Shown: positions 46,132-55,953 of the stretch, one piece after another
Numbering within the stretch: the stretch's first letter is position 1
Layout: each line of letters starts with the position of its first letter
Virus record (IMG/VR): IMGVR_UViG_3300009037_000003
Span: 75,975 to 139,974 of that record
DNA: 64,000 nucleotides
Source of the DNA: a virus
Taxonomy: Duplodnaviria > Caudoviricetes
Strand: one strand, 5' to 3'
Position numbers and translations under genes: made by a program
Notes under the pieces: model-generated
What the model was told of the DNA's origin: nothing
What the model saw: the letters and a program-made list of their open reading frames with translations, nothing else
The model's database searches: none

Positions 46132-48198
46132 CTATGAAACATAACTCGCCCATGTACAAATGGACAACATTCTACGTTCAGATAATGTTGGCGACCTATT
46201 GGTGGAGCCAACAAATGACGACAATAATTCCTCGAATAGTCCGTTAAACTCTACTGGTTTCGTAGACGCTATGGCTAGTCGCGAGGCAATGAGTTGGTCG
46301 GTTATCTCGTCACCAGGAAGCATGACAGACAAGATAGCATGTTTCGTTTGTTCGAGCTCGCGTTTTTGGGCGTTTGTAAGCGACCTAATATTTTTCACGC
46401 CGTGCAGCTTCAAGTAGTTGGTATCTACAATCCTGTCTATTCCGTTATACAAGTTCTCTCCAGCGATATTCAGTAGAGACATCGTCTTTGGAGTTCGAGA
46501 GTCTCTTGGCCCAGTGTCCTTAGTCGATGGTGGCCTACCTGGACCGTTGATACCATCATTTCTCGGCTGGTCACCAACCAAATTGTCGCCACCGCCAGAT
46601 TGCTTACTTTGTTCCAGTTTAATAGCTAATTCTGTCTGTTTCTCCAGTAGCGAAAATGGTCGGTAGTATGGGTTTGATTTTTCAAGGATCCCTGGATTCT
46701 CTAGCCTAACTTGCTGTTCGTCCTTCATTCGTTCTAGCTCGATCATGTAGTTTACTCCGAACACCTCTGTAGCCTTTTCGGATGAGATAATTCCACGATC
46801 TAGCAACTGAATCATTAATTGCTTTTCAGCCGCTTCGTCTCGAAGAGACATGGTTCCAAAGCAAATAGATGGAATATTTTTGAACCCCATGGCGTCGGCC
46901 ACTCGTCTTAGTTCGGCTTCGAGCCACACGATAGCTCTGCCTCTTACGTATTCCAATCTTTCTACCAATGTTTTTAGTTGTACAAATGCAGACTGAGCGT
47001 TTCTCGTACCAAGATCCTCGCCGCCAACTAGCGAGTCGGGGATGCCGAGACCTCTTACGATATCGGAATTAACGCTTTTATACTTGTCCTGGCCGAGAAT
47101 TTTATCCGTAGGAGGATACTCTACTTTTAGGTCGATCATGTCGTTCCAGACCAGATCCATGACTCCGCCGCCGACATTGCTCTGTAGAATTTCGATTAAT
47201 TTATCCACAGCGGCTGGAGTTGGCAAAATCTGCTGATCACTCTTGCCGAGCTTCCATAATCGTATGACGTTAATAACACCATCTAGCGCAGCCATATCTG
47301 CCAACCGCATTTTGCTTTTTAACATGATGTCTTCTAAGACACCATACAGGAATGGGGTCCCCCAATCCTCCCAGTCGTCCTTTTTATAGTAATCAACGTA
47401 CATTCTGTCCATCTCTAGCTGGACAAAGGATGAACCCTTCTTTACGGCTTCGACTACTTCTGCTGGCATCTTCTGGACCAACCGAGCTTCTGCATCGGTA
47501 GTTGGATTTTTTATTGCCTTAGATAGCGATGACGGGATTTTCATCCCGAGAGAATCAGAACCAAAAAACTTACCAATTTCACCGCCGGTCTTTTCAACAA
47601 TCGCCGGAGAGATAAAGGTATATTTCCACGGTATAACTCGCTTATTGCTAAACTTTTTCGTGACTTTTAGCTTTTCCGGAACCTCATCATACGCCGTTTC
47701 ATCTAGCGATTCCAAATTAAGAACATTACCCTTAACTAGTTCTTTCTCAACAGGAACGGTTATATAGGCATTCTTTCGTCTGACGATAACGTTGGCGTCT
47801 CTCATAAGCAGTTTCATAAAATCATGAACGCGACCAGCGAGATCGACTTTCTTGGCCCATTGGCGATAGAATTTTTGCTGTTTTTTGATCGGGTGCTGGA
47901 GCTCTAATCCCTCAGAGGCAAAATCCGTCATTAGATCTATTATGTTTCTTACCATGCCAATCTTTCTGTACACACTTTGGCATGCCAATATTACTTCGGA
48001 GTGTTTGGTGGGAAGCTTATCATCTAACCGTTTCGAATCCATGTCATAGCGATTGAAACCAGACCTATCATTTATCGTTGCCCCAGCTGCCTTATGTGTA
48101 AAACAGCACGACTTAGGTATCGTATGCTGTTCTAATCCTTGCTGACCTGTTGTAAACAGGATGTCGTTCCCTTGATTCTTCTCACTATCTGCTGTCAT
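46132..48198 (-). CDS. Portal protein
   Basis: Between TerL and protease; 'VRNIIDLMTDF', 'KKDDWEDWG.P', 'I.RGLGIP', 'LLDRGIIS'; long C-terminal extension. Confidence 0.8.
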   Translation of the reverse strand: MTADSEKNQGNDILFTTGQQGLEQHTIPKSCCFTHKAAGATINDRSGFNRYDMDSKRLDDKLPTKHSEVILACQSVYRKIGMVRNIIDLMTDFASEGLELQHPIKKQQKFYRQWAKKVDLAGRVHDFMKLLMRDANVIVRRKNAYITVPVEKELVKGNVLNLESLDETAYDEVPEKLKVTKKFSNKRVIPWKYTFISPAIVEKTGGEIGKFFGSDSLGMKIPSSLSKAIKNPTTDAEARLVQKMPAEVVEAVKKGSSFVQLEMDRMYVDYYKKDDWEDWGTPFLYGVLEDIMLKSKMRLADMAALDGVINVIRLWKLGKSDQQILPTPAAVDKLIEILQSNVGGGVMDLVWNDMIDLKVEYPPTDKILGQDKYKSVNSDIVRGLGIPDSLVGGEDLGTRNAQSAFVQLKTLVERLEYVRGRAIVWLEAELRRVADAMGFKNIPSICFGTMSLRDEAAEKQLMIQLLDRGIISSEKATEVFGVNYMIELERMKDEQQVRLENPGILEKSNPYYRPFSLLEKQTELAIKLEQSKQSGGGDNLVGDQPRNDGINGPGRPPSTKDTGPRDSRTPKTMSLLNIAGENLYNGIDRIVDTNYLKLHGVKNIRSLTNAQKRELEQTKHAILSVMLPGDEITDQLIASRLAIASTKPVEFNGLFEELLSSFVGSTNRSPTLSERRMLSICTWASYVS

Positions 48199-48243
48199 TT
48201 ATGTTTTCCCATTCCCATTGTAACGCAACTACAATCCGAATAG

Positions 48244-48252
48244 ATTATACAC
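48244..48252 (-). promoter_or_regulatory. Putative phage late promoter GTGTATAAT
   Basis: Directly after the TerL stop, upstream of portal. Confidence 0.6.
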
Positions 48253-48253
48253 A

Positions 48254-51200
48254 CTAAAGAATTTTTCCGTTCTTTATCGCCCTCGTCAGACTGCCGTCTT
48301 TCAGAAATTGTCCGTTGATCAGTCTACCAACGCCGGGACCTCGATAGAAAGGTTCTTTGACTGGAATAAGATTTCCCCTAGATCGGTTGTCGCCAGCTGA
48401 ATCGTAATCCATCGGTTCTACTATTGTAACTGATTGATCATAAATAAATTTATACCCAAGCAAAAGTGATGTGTATCTATCTTTCCGCAAACGACCGCGA
48501 CGGGCACGACCCTCCATCGCTCCAGCCTGTGCAACTTGCGGAGTATCGAATCGTTCTTTGCCGCTCATAGTTTCAGACATCTGTATGGTACATAATTCAT
48601 TTTTTAACTCTTCGATATTCAATACGACATCCTCGTAGGTGTCACACATAATACCAGCGGCCTTTTCCGCTTCAAGTGCCAAATACATTCTAACACTGTC
48701 AAAACATGGAAATAATAAAGTATGGGTTTCGAACGCTTTGTGCAAAGCCATATTTGCCTGATGGTTGAATTCGCTAGATTGTTTGACAAGGTGTAGTATG
48801 TGCTTGCCATCTGTTTCACCGTCAGTCGGCTTCGGGGCAGTATTGTCTATTATTTCATATATCGGGAAATCCCCTTGAGACATATCCATTAGTTTCTTAT
48901 TTCGAAGCATTTCGGAAATTACGTAGCCGCCGCCCTGACTATCCATTTCAATCCTAATAGGATTAAACGCCTTTACGATATCTCTTATCTTTGAACAACA
49001 ATAGGCGTAATAGTCCCCAGCTAGAATCAGCCCCCTCTTTTGGCGATCGGCAAATTCCTTCTTGTTAACGGCCCAGCAATATACGACTCTGTTATGAGCT
49101 GGCCTTAATTCGATACATGTTACAGCAAGATTATCTCGTTCCGCTGCCGGATCAATACCGATGGCGTACCTACAATTTTCCTGTCCTGCTATTAACGGAG
49201 AGAATGACACAGGACCATCGGGAGTTTCTATTGGTTTGCTTGGCGTAACGGTGCAGCTTTCTATCAGACTCCTTGGATATATGCCATCCGAATCCTTAAC
49301 AAAAACAGCCCCAAACTCCATCTGATATACATTTTTGGGCAGCGTTGCTTTTGCGTTAGCCAATTGTCTGGCATCAAGCAATCCGTCTGGCAGCGCCGTG
49401 TGTGGAATTCTAATAACGGCATAGTCGCGATAATCGAAATTGTCGGGGACATTGTGCTCGCCGCCAAAGATACTTGCAATAATCTTCGGATCGCCCTTGC
49501 TTTTTACGATATTTCTCCACATATCGTATTTAACTGCAAAGTGATTAAATGCGTAATATGCGGTTCCCGAATAAATAATTTGGTTACCATGATTCGACGC
49601 TTCTGGTTTCAAAATCGCATCCCGTTCTTCCGACGGCAAATCAAGTTGGGCTATCTGTTTTTCTAGATCGATTCTCTTAGCCTGCTCAACTGGAGTTTTC
49701 GACGTAGCGGCGAAACCGCGAACAACAACGTCGAAAATATCCGAGGGGATACTGGCACACTCGTCTGCAATTACGCATGTTGCGCGAAAGCCCCTGATTC
49801 TCGTATTGTGGCTATAAAAACCTCCTGCGCAATATTCATGTCCATTCGGTACATGCATATCGAACGTAACACATTCCGAATCCTCTATGGAAACAATTTC
49901 GTCATAATAAATATCTGGGTCGGCAAGACAACGAATGTTGTCGATACGGGAATCGTTCGTATGGCCATAAACTTTCAAAAATTTATCAACAAGCGGATGA
50001 CTAGCAGATTTCTTAATCCGCAATCGCCCAGGGCAGACTTGGGTACAACAACCGGTATGCCATTTTGGCTTATTATTCTCTGCGATCTCTATCATATCGT
50101 CAAGGATATCTGGAATGGAGTCTTTCTGATCCATCCATCTCTTTTTTCCAGAGATGCCAGCGAGAAGTTTATCCTGTTTCCTCTTGAGTCGGAATCCTAT
50201 TTCTGTTGCAAACGTTAAAACATCTTTACCTGTAATCAAAAGTTCATAACATTCCTCCCATTTTTCGTTTCGCTCACGAGAACTTACATGTGCAACTATC
50301 CCGTAATGCAATAAAATGTACTGAAGTTGTCTTACCAGTTCTTTACTGGTGTTGCAAAAACTAACCGTGATCGCGGTACCACCCTTTGCGTTTTGAACCT
50401 GAATGCATCCATCGGTATCCAAAAGTCCAGAGATAAAGGCAGAAGTGACCTCACGAGAAGATTTCAGAATAGCAGCAGGAAATTGTTTGTCTTTTGTTCT
50501 TAAATGATCTATCTCTATTCCGAATTTTCTGAATAAATTATCGATCTTACGGGAACAATACATATTCCAATGTACAGGATCAGATGGCTGTTGTCTAAAT
50601 TCACCAAGAATTTGTATAGCATTAGACAATTCTTGATCTTGTGTTGCAAATCCTATTCGGTATCCCTGTTGAGCGATAAAACATCCATCTCCGATTAATA
50701 AACCTATCCCGTATGCTTCATCGCATGTTATATCAGTTACACCACTGTGCCATCTTATAGAACGATCCAAAAGAATTTTGTCCCCTAGCTGCATTTCATC
50801 CATTCTTGCCCATACTATTTTCTTGTCCCTCATAATTTTAAGTTTATGGTTGTGTGTACCTTCAATCTCGAATCCGTGGTGTGTTTTGATTTTTTTTGTC
50901 TTAGCAAGACCATTGCAATAAGATTCATCTGTTACTCTGAACTCCCCATTGCCCCAAATTTTTCTCTGACGATTAATTATTGTTTTTTCTATTTGTCCTT
51001 GTATCTGATCATCATCTATGTAACCAAAGCAATTGTCATAAGTCATTACTGTATAACGACTTACGCAGCCATCGCCGAGCGGCAACGCGTACACAATACT
51101 ATCGCCAACTTTGAAATAGCATAGGTCTACAGACTGTCTTGGGCCAGCCTTTCGTCCACCTCCAACAATACTTCTAAGAACTGGACTAGAATCCCAGATA

Positions 51201-51616
51201 CTTTCGATATAGTTAAATACCAGTTTCGCCTGCCGGAGTCCTGCACCAACGATGATGATCTTGGAACCAGGATCAAAAATCGCCCTTAGAATCGAATAAA
51301 CGGCCAACATAAATGTTTTCGACGCACCACGGCTGGCGACAAGCAAAGGAAATGGCGTATTCCATAATGCCTTCAAAACAGTCATCTGAAATGGAAGCAA
51401 ATCGATATTCAAGAGGACTTTTACGGTCCATCCAAGATAATCTAGATTGAGCATAGTTTTAACTATAGCACGATCTATTGGTTCTCCATCGCGTCCGAGA
51501 TCGGAGAAAACATGTTCAACTACGGACGGAACATGATGAGAATACGGAAATAAATACCCGAATTTTCCCTGAGGTCCGTGAAGTAATTTCTTTAATGCGA
51601 TGTCTGAGGTACCCAT
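48254..51616 (-). CDS. terL: Terminase large subunit containing an intein
   Basis: Walker A 'SRGASKT', Walker B 'RGFRATCVIADE' after splicing, motif III 'SGTA', nuclease 'IGIDPA' and 'KDRY'. Confidence 0.9.
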   Translation of the reverse strand: MGTSDIALKKLLHGPQGKFGYLFPYSHHVPSVVEHVFSDLGRDGEPIDRAIVKTMLNLDYLGWTVKVLLNIDLLPFQMTVLKALWNTPFPLLVASRGASKTFMLAVYSILRAIFDPGSKIIIVGAGLRQAKLVFNYIESIWDSSPVLRSIVGGGRKAGPRQSVDLCYFKVGDSIVYALPLGDGCVSRYTVMTYDNCFGYIDDDQIQGQIEKTIINRQRKIWGNGEFRVTDESYCNGLAKTKKIKTHHGFEIEGTHNHKLKIMRDKKIVWARMDEMQLGDKILLDRSIRWHSGVTDITCDEAYGIGLLIGDGCFIAQQGYRIGFATQDQELSNAIQILGEFRQQPSDPVHWNMYCSRKIDNLFRKFGIEIDHLRTKDKQFPAAILKSSREVTSAFISGLLDTDGCIQVQNAKGGTAITVSFCNTSKELVRQLQYILLHYGIVAHVSSRERNEKWEECYELLITGKDVLTFATEIGFRLKRKQDKLLAGISGKKRWMDQKDSIPDILDDMIEIAENNKPKWHTGCCTQVCPGRLRIKKSASHPLVDKFLKVYGHTNDSRIDNIRCLADPDIYYDEIVSIEDSECVTFDMHVPNGHEYCAGGFYSHNTRIRGFRATCVIADECASIPSDIFDVVVRGFAATSKTPVEQAKRIDLEKQIAQLDLPSEERDAILKPEASNHGNQIIYSGTAYYAFNHFAVKYDMWRNIVKSKGDPKIIASIFGGEHNVPDNFDYRDYAVIRIPHTALPDGLLDARQLANAKATLPKNVYQMEFGAVFVKDSDGIYPRSLIESCTVTPSKPIETPDGPVSFSPLIAGQENCRYAIGIDPAAERDNLAVTCIELRPAHNRVVYCWAVNKKEFADRQKRGLILAGDYYAYCCSKIRDIVKAFNPIRIEMDSQGGGYVISEMLRNKKLMDMSQGDFPIYEIIDNTAPKPTDGETDGKHILHLVKQSSEFNHQANMALHKAFETHTLLFPCFDSVRMYLALEAEKAAGIMCDTYEDVVLNIEELKNELCTIQMSETMSGKERFDTPQVAQAGAMEGRARRGRLRKDRYTSLLLGYKFIYDQSVTIVEPMDYDSAGDNRSRGNLIPVKEPFYRGPGVGRLINGQFLKDGSLTRAIKNGKIL
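49805..51067 (-). mobile_element. 421-aa intein with LAGLIDADG homing endonuclease
   Basis: LPLGDG|C184...GGFYSHN604|T; block B 'GTHNH'; 'GLLIGDG' and 'GLLDTDG' motifs. Confidence 0.92.
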
Positions 51617-52101
51617 CTGTCTTTTTCTATCCTAATAACTTCCTGGAAAATATTCTTAGCAATCCGTCTGCCGCACTGCCCAGCAAAAATTAATTGTATA
51701 CGATTTTTAATACACAGATTAATTATCCATCGAATCAGCGCTGACCCAGGGACATTGGTTTTGATCTGAGGTGGCGACAACTGGAAAATATCATCCTCCA
51801 GACTGGCTTCTATTATTAGAAAGGCGTATTTAAACATAGATAGTCTTGCGCACTCATCGTCGAATCTATCTTTGTTCATGTAATTTACCCACAACTCGGA
51901 AAAATCCGCTTTCCGTTCTATCGTAAGAATATCCTCATATCCGGCAATCGTGTAATCGCCAGTCTCCAAAGTAACGGTTTCCGTGCCAGTACATAATGGC
52001 GATTTCTTAGCAGCATCGTCCGCATTGAACATCCATCCGTAGTCGATCTTCTCCCTATAGTCTCGTAGAACGGTATACTTTGGCATCACCAGCTTCGGCA
52101 T
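51592..52101 (-). CDS. ERCC4/XPF-family nuclease
   Basis: 'DYRE...LETGDY...IERK...EL...RF..E..RL...LIIE'. Confidence 0.8.
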   Translation of the reverse strand: MPKLVMPKYTVLRDYREKIDYGWMFNADDAAKKSPLCTGTETVTLETGDYTIAGYEDILTIERKADFSELWVNYMNKDRFDDECARLSMFKYAFLIIEASLEDDIFQLSPPQIKTNVPGSALIRWIINLCIKNRIQLIFAGQCGRRIAKNIFQEVIRIEKDRWVPQTSH

Positions 52102-53130
52102 TTAACGACTCCCTACCAGATCGGCATCGATCATTTCAACAATCATTTCGTCGAAGCTTATTGTATTATTCCATCCCAAAATCCTACGAGCTTTCGACGG
52201 ATCGCTCAATAACAAACTAACTTCTGCAGGACGGATAAAGTTAGGATTGATTCTGACATAGTCGTTGTAATCGACCGACTTTAACTTTTCTGGATATCGT
52301 TGCGACAGATACCCAAAAGCCGTCACAAGTAATTCGCGTATTGAGTAAGTGACTCCTGAACCGAGAACGTAGTCGTCCGGCGTATCATGCTGTAGAATTA
52401 ACCATATTCCTAACGCCATATCTTTCGCATGAGACCAATCCCTTTTCGAGTCTAGATTTCCCATTTCCAGAAAAGGTATTTGTTTACCGGGAATCGGCAA
52501 TTCTCCGAAAGTATGTATATAATCGGCGAGAGCCGCAACATACTTCGTAACCTTACGGGTCACAAAGTTTTCTCCTCTTCTTGGACCCTCGTGATTGTAG
52601 AGTATGCCGCAACAAGCAAAAATATTGTAAGCACGTCTATATAGCTGTGTCATATGATGGGCGAATAGTTTAGCTACGGCATACGGAGAATTTGGATTGA
52701 AGGGAGTATCTTCGTTTTGAGGAGCGACGGCCGTATCGCCCATAAGTTCTGACGTGGATGCGTTGTAGTACTTGGTGCTTGGAGAAAACTGCCTGATAGC
52801 CTCCAATATGTTGATTGGGCCAATAGCGTCAACATTAGCGGTAAGCAGTGGCTGAGAAAATGAGATACCAACATCAGACTGAGCAGCTAGGTTGTATACT
52901 TCAGTCGGCTTCAATGCACAAATGAGTCCGCTCATACACGCAGCGTCTGTAATATCACCGTCTACGACATGGAATGAGCTATTACCTAGTAAATGCTTGA
53001 TCCTAGATTTCGTATCTGTCGAAGATCTTCTTATTAACCCGTATACTTCATATCCTTTTGAAAGCAGTAGCTCTGATAGATAACTTCCGGTCTGACCGTT
53101 AGCCCCCGTGATTAGCGCTGTTTTGCTCAT
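52102..53130 (-). CDS. gmd: GDP-mannose 4,6-dehydratase
   Basis: 'ALITGANGQTGSYL', 'YNLAAQS', 'ASTSEL', 'SPYAVAK', 'NHEGPRRGENFVTRK', 'GNLDSKRDW'. Confidence 0.92.
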   Translation of the reverse strand: MSKTALITGANGQTGSYLSELLLSKGYEVYGLIRRSSTDTKSRIKHLLGNSSFHVVDGDITDAACMSGLICALKPTEVYNLAAQSDVGISFSQPLLTANVDAIGPINILEAIRQFSPSTKYYNASTSELMGDTAVAPQNEDTPFNPNSPYAVAKLFAHHMTQLYRRAYNIFACCGILYNHEGPRRGENFVTRKVTKYVAALADYIHTFGELPIPGKQIPFLEMGNLDSKRDWSHAKDMALGIWLILQHDTPDDYVLGSGVTYSIRELLVTAFGYLSQRYPEKLKSVDYNDYVRINPNFIRPAEVSLLLSDPSKARRILGWNNTISFDEMIVEMIDADLVGSR

Positions 53131-53293
53131 GCTTATTCTCCAGATAGACATCGATTAATGACTTGGACTGTTCTTGGTCGACTATTGCTTCAATATTTTG
53201 CAAACAACACTTCTTATATTTCTTACCAGAACCGCATGGGCACAACCAATTCCTCTGCCAACGGAGTCTGGTTCTAACGATAGGCGTTTTCAT
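53099..53293 (-). CDS. Small SEC-C motif Zn-binding protein
   Basis: 'RNWLCPCGSGKKYKKCC'. Confidence 0.75.
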   Translation of the reverse strand: MKTPIVRTRLRWQRNWLCPCGSGKKYKKCCLQNIEAIVDQEQSKSLIDVYLENKHEQNSANHGG

Positions 53294-54303
53294 GGACAAC
53301 CTTTCAAAATACTTTTTTTAACCTGCAGGTCCCAACAGTAGTCGTTACTAATTTTGGTCCCAACCTCCAAGACAGCTTTCTTCAGGTCTAGCAAATCGCT
53401 CAGTTCAGCTAGATCTGCAAGACGATTAAAGTACGTATGATGAGCTGCGACATACCTTGCTCCGTCTAGCAATAGTTTCTGTGTCTCGTCAGTGTAGATT
53501 GCGTCTACCGCAATCGGAATATAGTCACAGAACTCTCTTAAGGTATCGGCAACCGTACAGTAGTTTGTTAAATATTTGGCGACAAGCGGATTATCACAAA
53601 TCTGAATACTTGTACCCAATAGCGCTATAAAGAACGCTCTCTCGTTAATACAGATAGAAGACTCGGCAGTATCAGATTTCTGGAAATTCAAACATACCTT
53701 TGTCGTACCGTAGATATTTTTGAGCTTCTCCCTGGCCACTTCCTCATTATGCGGATATCCGGAATCATTCCAGGTCGCATCACCGAATACCTGAAATCGC
53801 ATATCAGACACATCCAGTCGTTGGAGCAGTGGAAATATGAATTTTTTAGCTCTATCATGTTTGTCGGAAAGATCTGATACTATCACCACGTCGGTCCAAT
53901 AATCGTATTTCTCTAATTTTGCCTGCAGGATATTCCCGGCAAATGGAATATGCTTCGCGTCGCCGCAATAACATTGTTCTTGCGATGTATAGAGTACACG
54001 ATTCTTAATAGATTCGATAAGCGACCTTTGATCTGATACGACTCGTGTGTCAAGCGATATGAATACCGTAATATTTCTATCGTTAACGAGTTTTATTGGC
54101 AATGCTTCTAATTCACACCCGGCTTGTACAAAAATTGCCATCAGGTCGTCGCAATCACGAATCCATCTGTTGCAAACGAATTTGCACGTCGGGGTTCCAA
54201 CAAGGACATTCCAACCTAAGTATCTGAATACGTCAGAATAACCTAATTGCGATAACGAATACTCGGAATCTGTAGAAGATGGAATAAGAAGAACACTAGG
54301 CAT
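53290..54303 (-). CDS. CgeB-like glycosyltransferase
   Basis: 'IYGTTKVCLNF...INERAF...HHTYFNR'; GGAG SD before ATG 54303. Confidence 0.7.
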   Translation of the reverse strand: MPSVLLIPSSTDSEYSLSQLGYSDVFRYLGWNVLVGTPTCKFVCNRWIRDCDDLMAIFVQAGCELEALPIKLVNDRNITVFISLDTRVVSDQRSLIESIKNRVLYTSQEQCYCGDAKHIPFAGNILQAKLEKYDYWTDVVIVSDLSDKHDRAKKFIFPLLQRLDVSDMRFQVFGDATWNDSGYPHNEEVAREKLKNIYGTTKVCLNFQKSDTAESSICINERAFFIALLGTSIQICDNPLVAKYLTNYCTVADTLREFCDYIPIAVDAIYTDETQKLLLDGARYVAAHHTYFNRLADLAELSDLLDLKKAVLEVGTKISNDYCWDLQVKKSILKGCP

Positions 54304-55198
54304 TATCATCTCCATCGAATGCAGTTTCTGGATCGAGCAACATCGGCTCTTTTGTCCCATCTGGGAAAATGATGGGTTGCCTCAATGCGTTAGATGTTTC
54401 TTTTTCGGACAATCTCGTCAGCTCGGCAAAAATGCCCTGCTTGTCTCTCTCTGCTTTAGAACACTGCAACGCCGCGACGAGCTCAAGAAATGTTTCTTTG
54501 CCTCCTCGTAACTCTTCTAAGCGATCCTGGCGAGTAGCTGCCAAACTCTTGTAAATCTTTTGTCTTTCCTTGACGAGCGAGTCGTATCTATCCTGCACCG
54601 CTTTAAGATATTTATATTTGTCATCTAAAAATCTTTGCTGCAAAATACGATGCCTGGTGGTCTCGGTATCTTCCCCTTCTTGTCTCGGATTTTCCGCAAG
54701 CCAAGTTTGCAATCCAGATATCTGCTTCTGCAATGCATTAGATACCACCAATTGACGATCAACAAGGATTCTTTGTTTTAGGAAATCGTCTACCTGCATG
54801 AATTCGCTGACAACTATGTCGTCAAATTGACAACACAATAATCCGAAATCCTCTAAATAAACCTCAACCTCGTCAGGATCGAATTGTTTCTTAAGTGTAT
54901 TATATAGGTGGGTTTTTTTGAACTGTCTTTTGAACCACGACGCTTTTTCGCTATCTGCTAGCCCCGGGGGCGGCATCGTTAGAACTGGCGTATCGTTATT
55001 TGGACTATTGCCGAATCCCTTTTGCAATACGGCACGTCTTTTTCTGATTCCTTCTATCGACCATTTATAGCCACATTTCTCTATGAGTATATTTTGTAGC
55101 TGCAAATTTGTCATATTTTTTTCTATCCCCTCAGTAATTATCTGAAGGGCTAACGTGTTTTCTGATAATGTATGACTTTTAGATGTGTCGTCGGTCAT
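54296..55198 (-). CDS. Hypothetical helical protein (terminase small subunit candidate by position)
   Basis: N-terminal HTH-like segment, central coiled coil; upstream in the TerL operon. Confidence 0.45.
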   Translation of the reverse strand: MTDDTSKSHTLSENTLALQIITEGIEKNMTNLQLQNILIEKCGYKWSIEGIRKRRAVLQKGFGNSPNNDTPVLTMPPPGLADSEKASWFKRQFKKTHLYNTLKKQFDPDEVEVYLEDFGLLCCQFDDIVVSEFMQVDDFLKQRILVDRQLVVSNALQKQISGLQTWLAENPRQEGEDTETTRHRILQQRFLDDKYKYLKAVQDRYDSLVKERQKIYKSLAATRQDRLEELRGGKETFLELVAALQCSKAERDKQGIFAELTRLSEKETSNALRQPIIFPDGTKEPMLLDPETAFDGDDNA

Positions 55199-55200
55199 GA

Positions 55201-55743
55201 TTAATCTTCTTTATCGAATAGAATTTCCGCAATTACCTGTCGTAATTCCTGCGTAACCATGGCATGGACTTTATCGCCGTTTATTAGATTATAGAAATGT
55301 GATTTCAGCCTATCTGGCAGATTGTCATGGATATACTGTACCGTTTCCTCGCAAATCATCTGATCGAGAGGATTGTCACATATAATATTAGACGATCCGA
55401 GAATAGTAGCCGTTTCCAGATCATTACAAATATCGAACGGTAACGCGTTCACCAGATTCATCTGGACCTTGGCAGATCCTGATGTTTCTGGAGTATTGCC
55501 AGGACGGAAATATCTATCTCTTGTTAAATTTTTCATTCTATTGGATACGTGGGTGGCTAGATAGTTCTCCAATCTCCCCCTAGTCGGATCATAGCGATCA
55601 AGAGCTTCTAGACACATTCTCCAAACTTCTTGATATATATCCGAGCTTTGGTAATAAGCAAAAATCTGGTTTCGACATCTTGTGGCTATCGTATCTATAA
55701 TATCCGATATGTCCTCTGGGAGTTCATTCATGCGATTCTTCAT
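55201..55743 (-). CDS. Phage-encoded sigma70-like factor (region 2; no clear region 4)
   Basis: 'DIYQEVWRMCLEALDRYDPTRGRLENYLATHVSNRMKNL' region-2 signature. Confidence 0.75.
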   Translation of the reverse strand: MKNRMNELPEDISDIIDTIATRCRNQIFAYYQSSDIYQEVWRMCLEALDRYDPTRGRLENYLATHVSNRMKNLTRDRYFRPGNTPETSGSAKVQMNLVNALPFDICNDLETATILGSSNIICDNPLDQMICEETVQYIHDNLPDRLKSHFYNLINGDKVHAMVTQELRQVIAEILFDKED

Positions 55744-55849
55744 CCAAAAAAATAATTGCTAACCCAGACGCGGATGGTGGATCGGGGATCGATAGGTCTT
55801 CGATAGCCTTTTCATCTATGCCGTCATATCCACGCACTTTATTATCCAC
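55724..55849 (-). CDS. 41-aa acidic peptide upstream of the sigma gene (not in the ORF track)
   Basis: AAGGAGG SD, GTG start, MDNKVRGYDGIDEKAIEDLSIPDPPSASGLAIIFLDEESHE; stop overlaps the sigma 5' end. Confidence 0.45.
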   Translation of the reverse strand: MDNKVRGYDGIDEKAIEDLSIPDPPSASGLAIIFLDEESHE

Positions 55850-55953
55850 GATGCACCTCCTTAATACAGTATGGTACGATAATAGCAAAATGTTTTTACA
55901 CAAAATCTTAATTTTATCGCGAAACTTTTACCGTTATTGCGGTATAATACAGC

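Noticed and set aside
5846-54755. Numerous short + strand ORFs within the morphogenesis region
   Set aside because: Antisense shadows of long, motif-bearing minus-strand genes.
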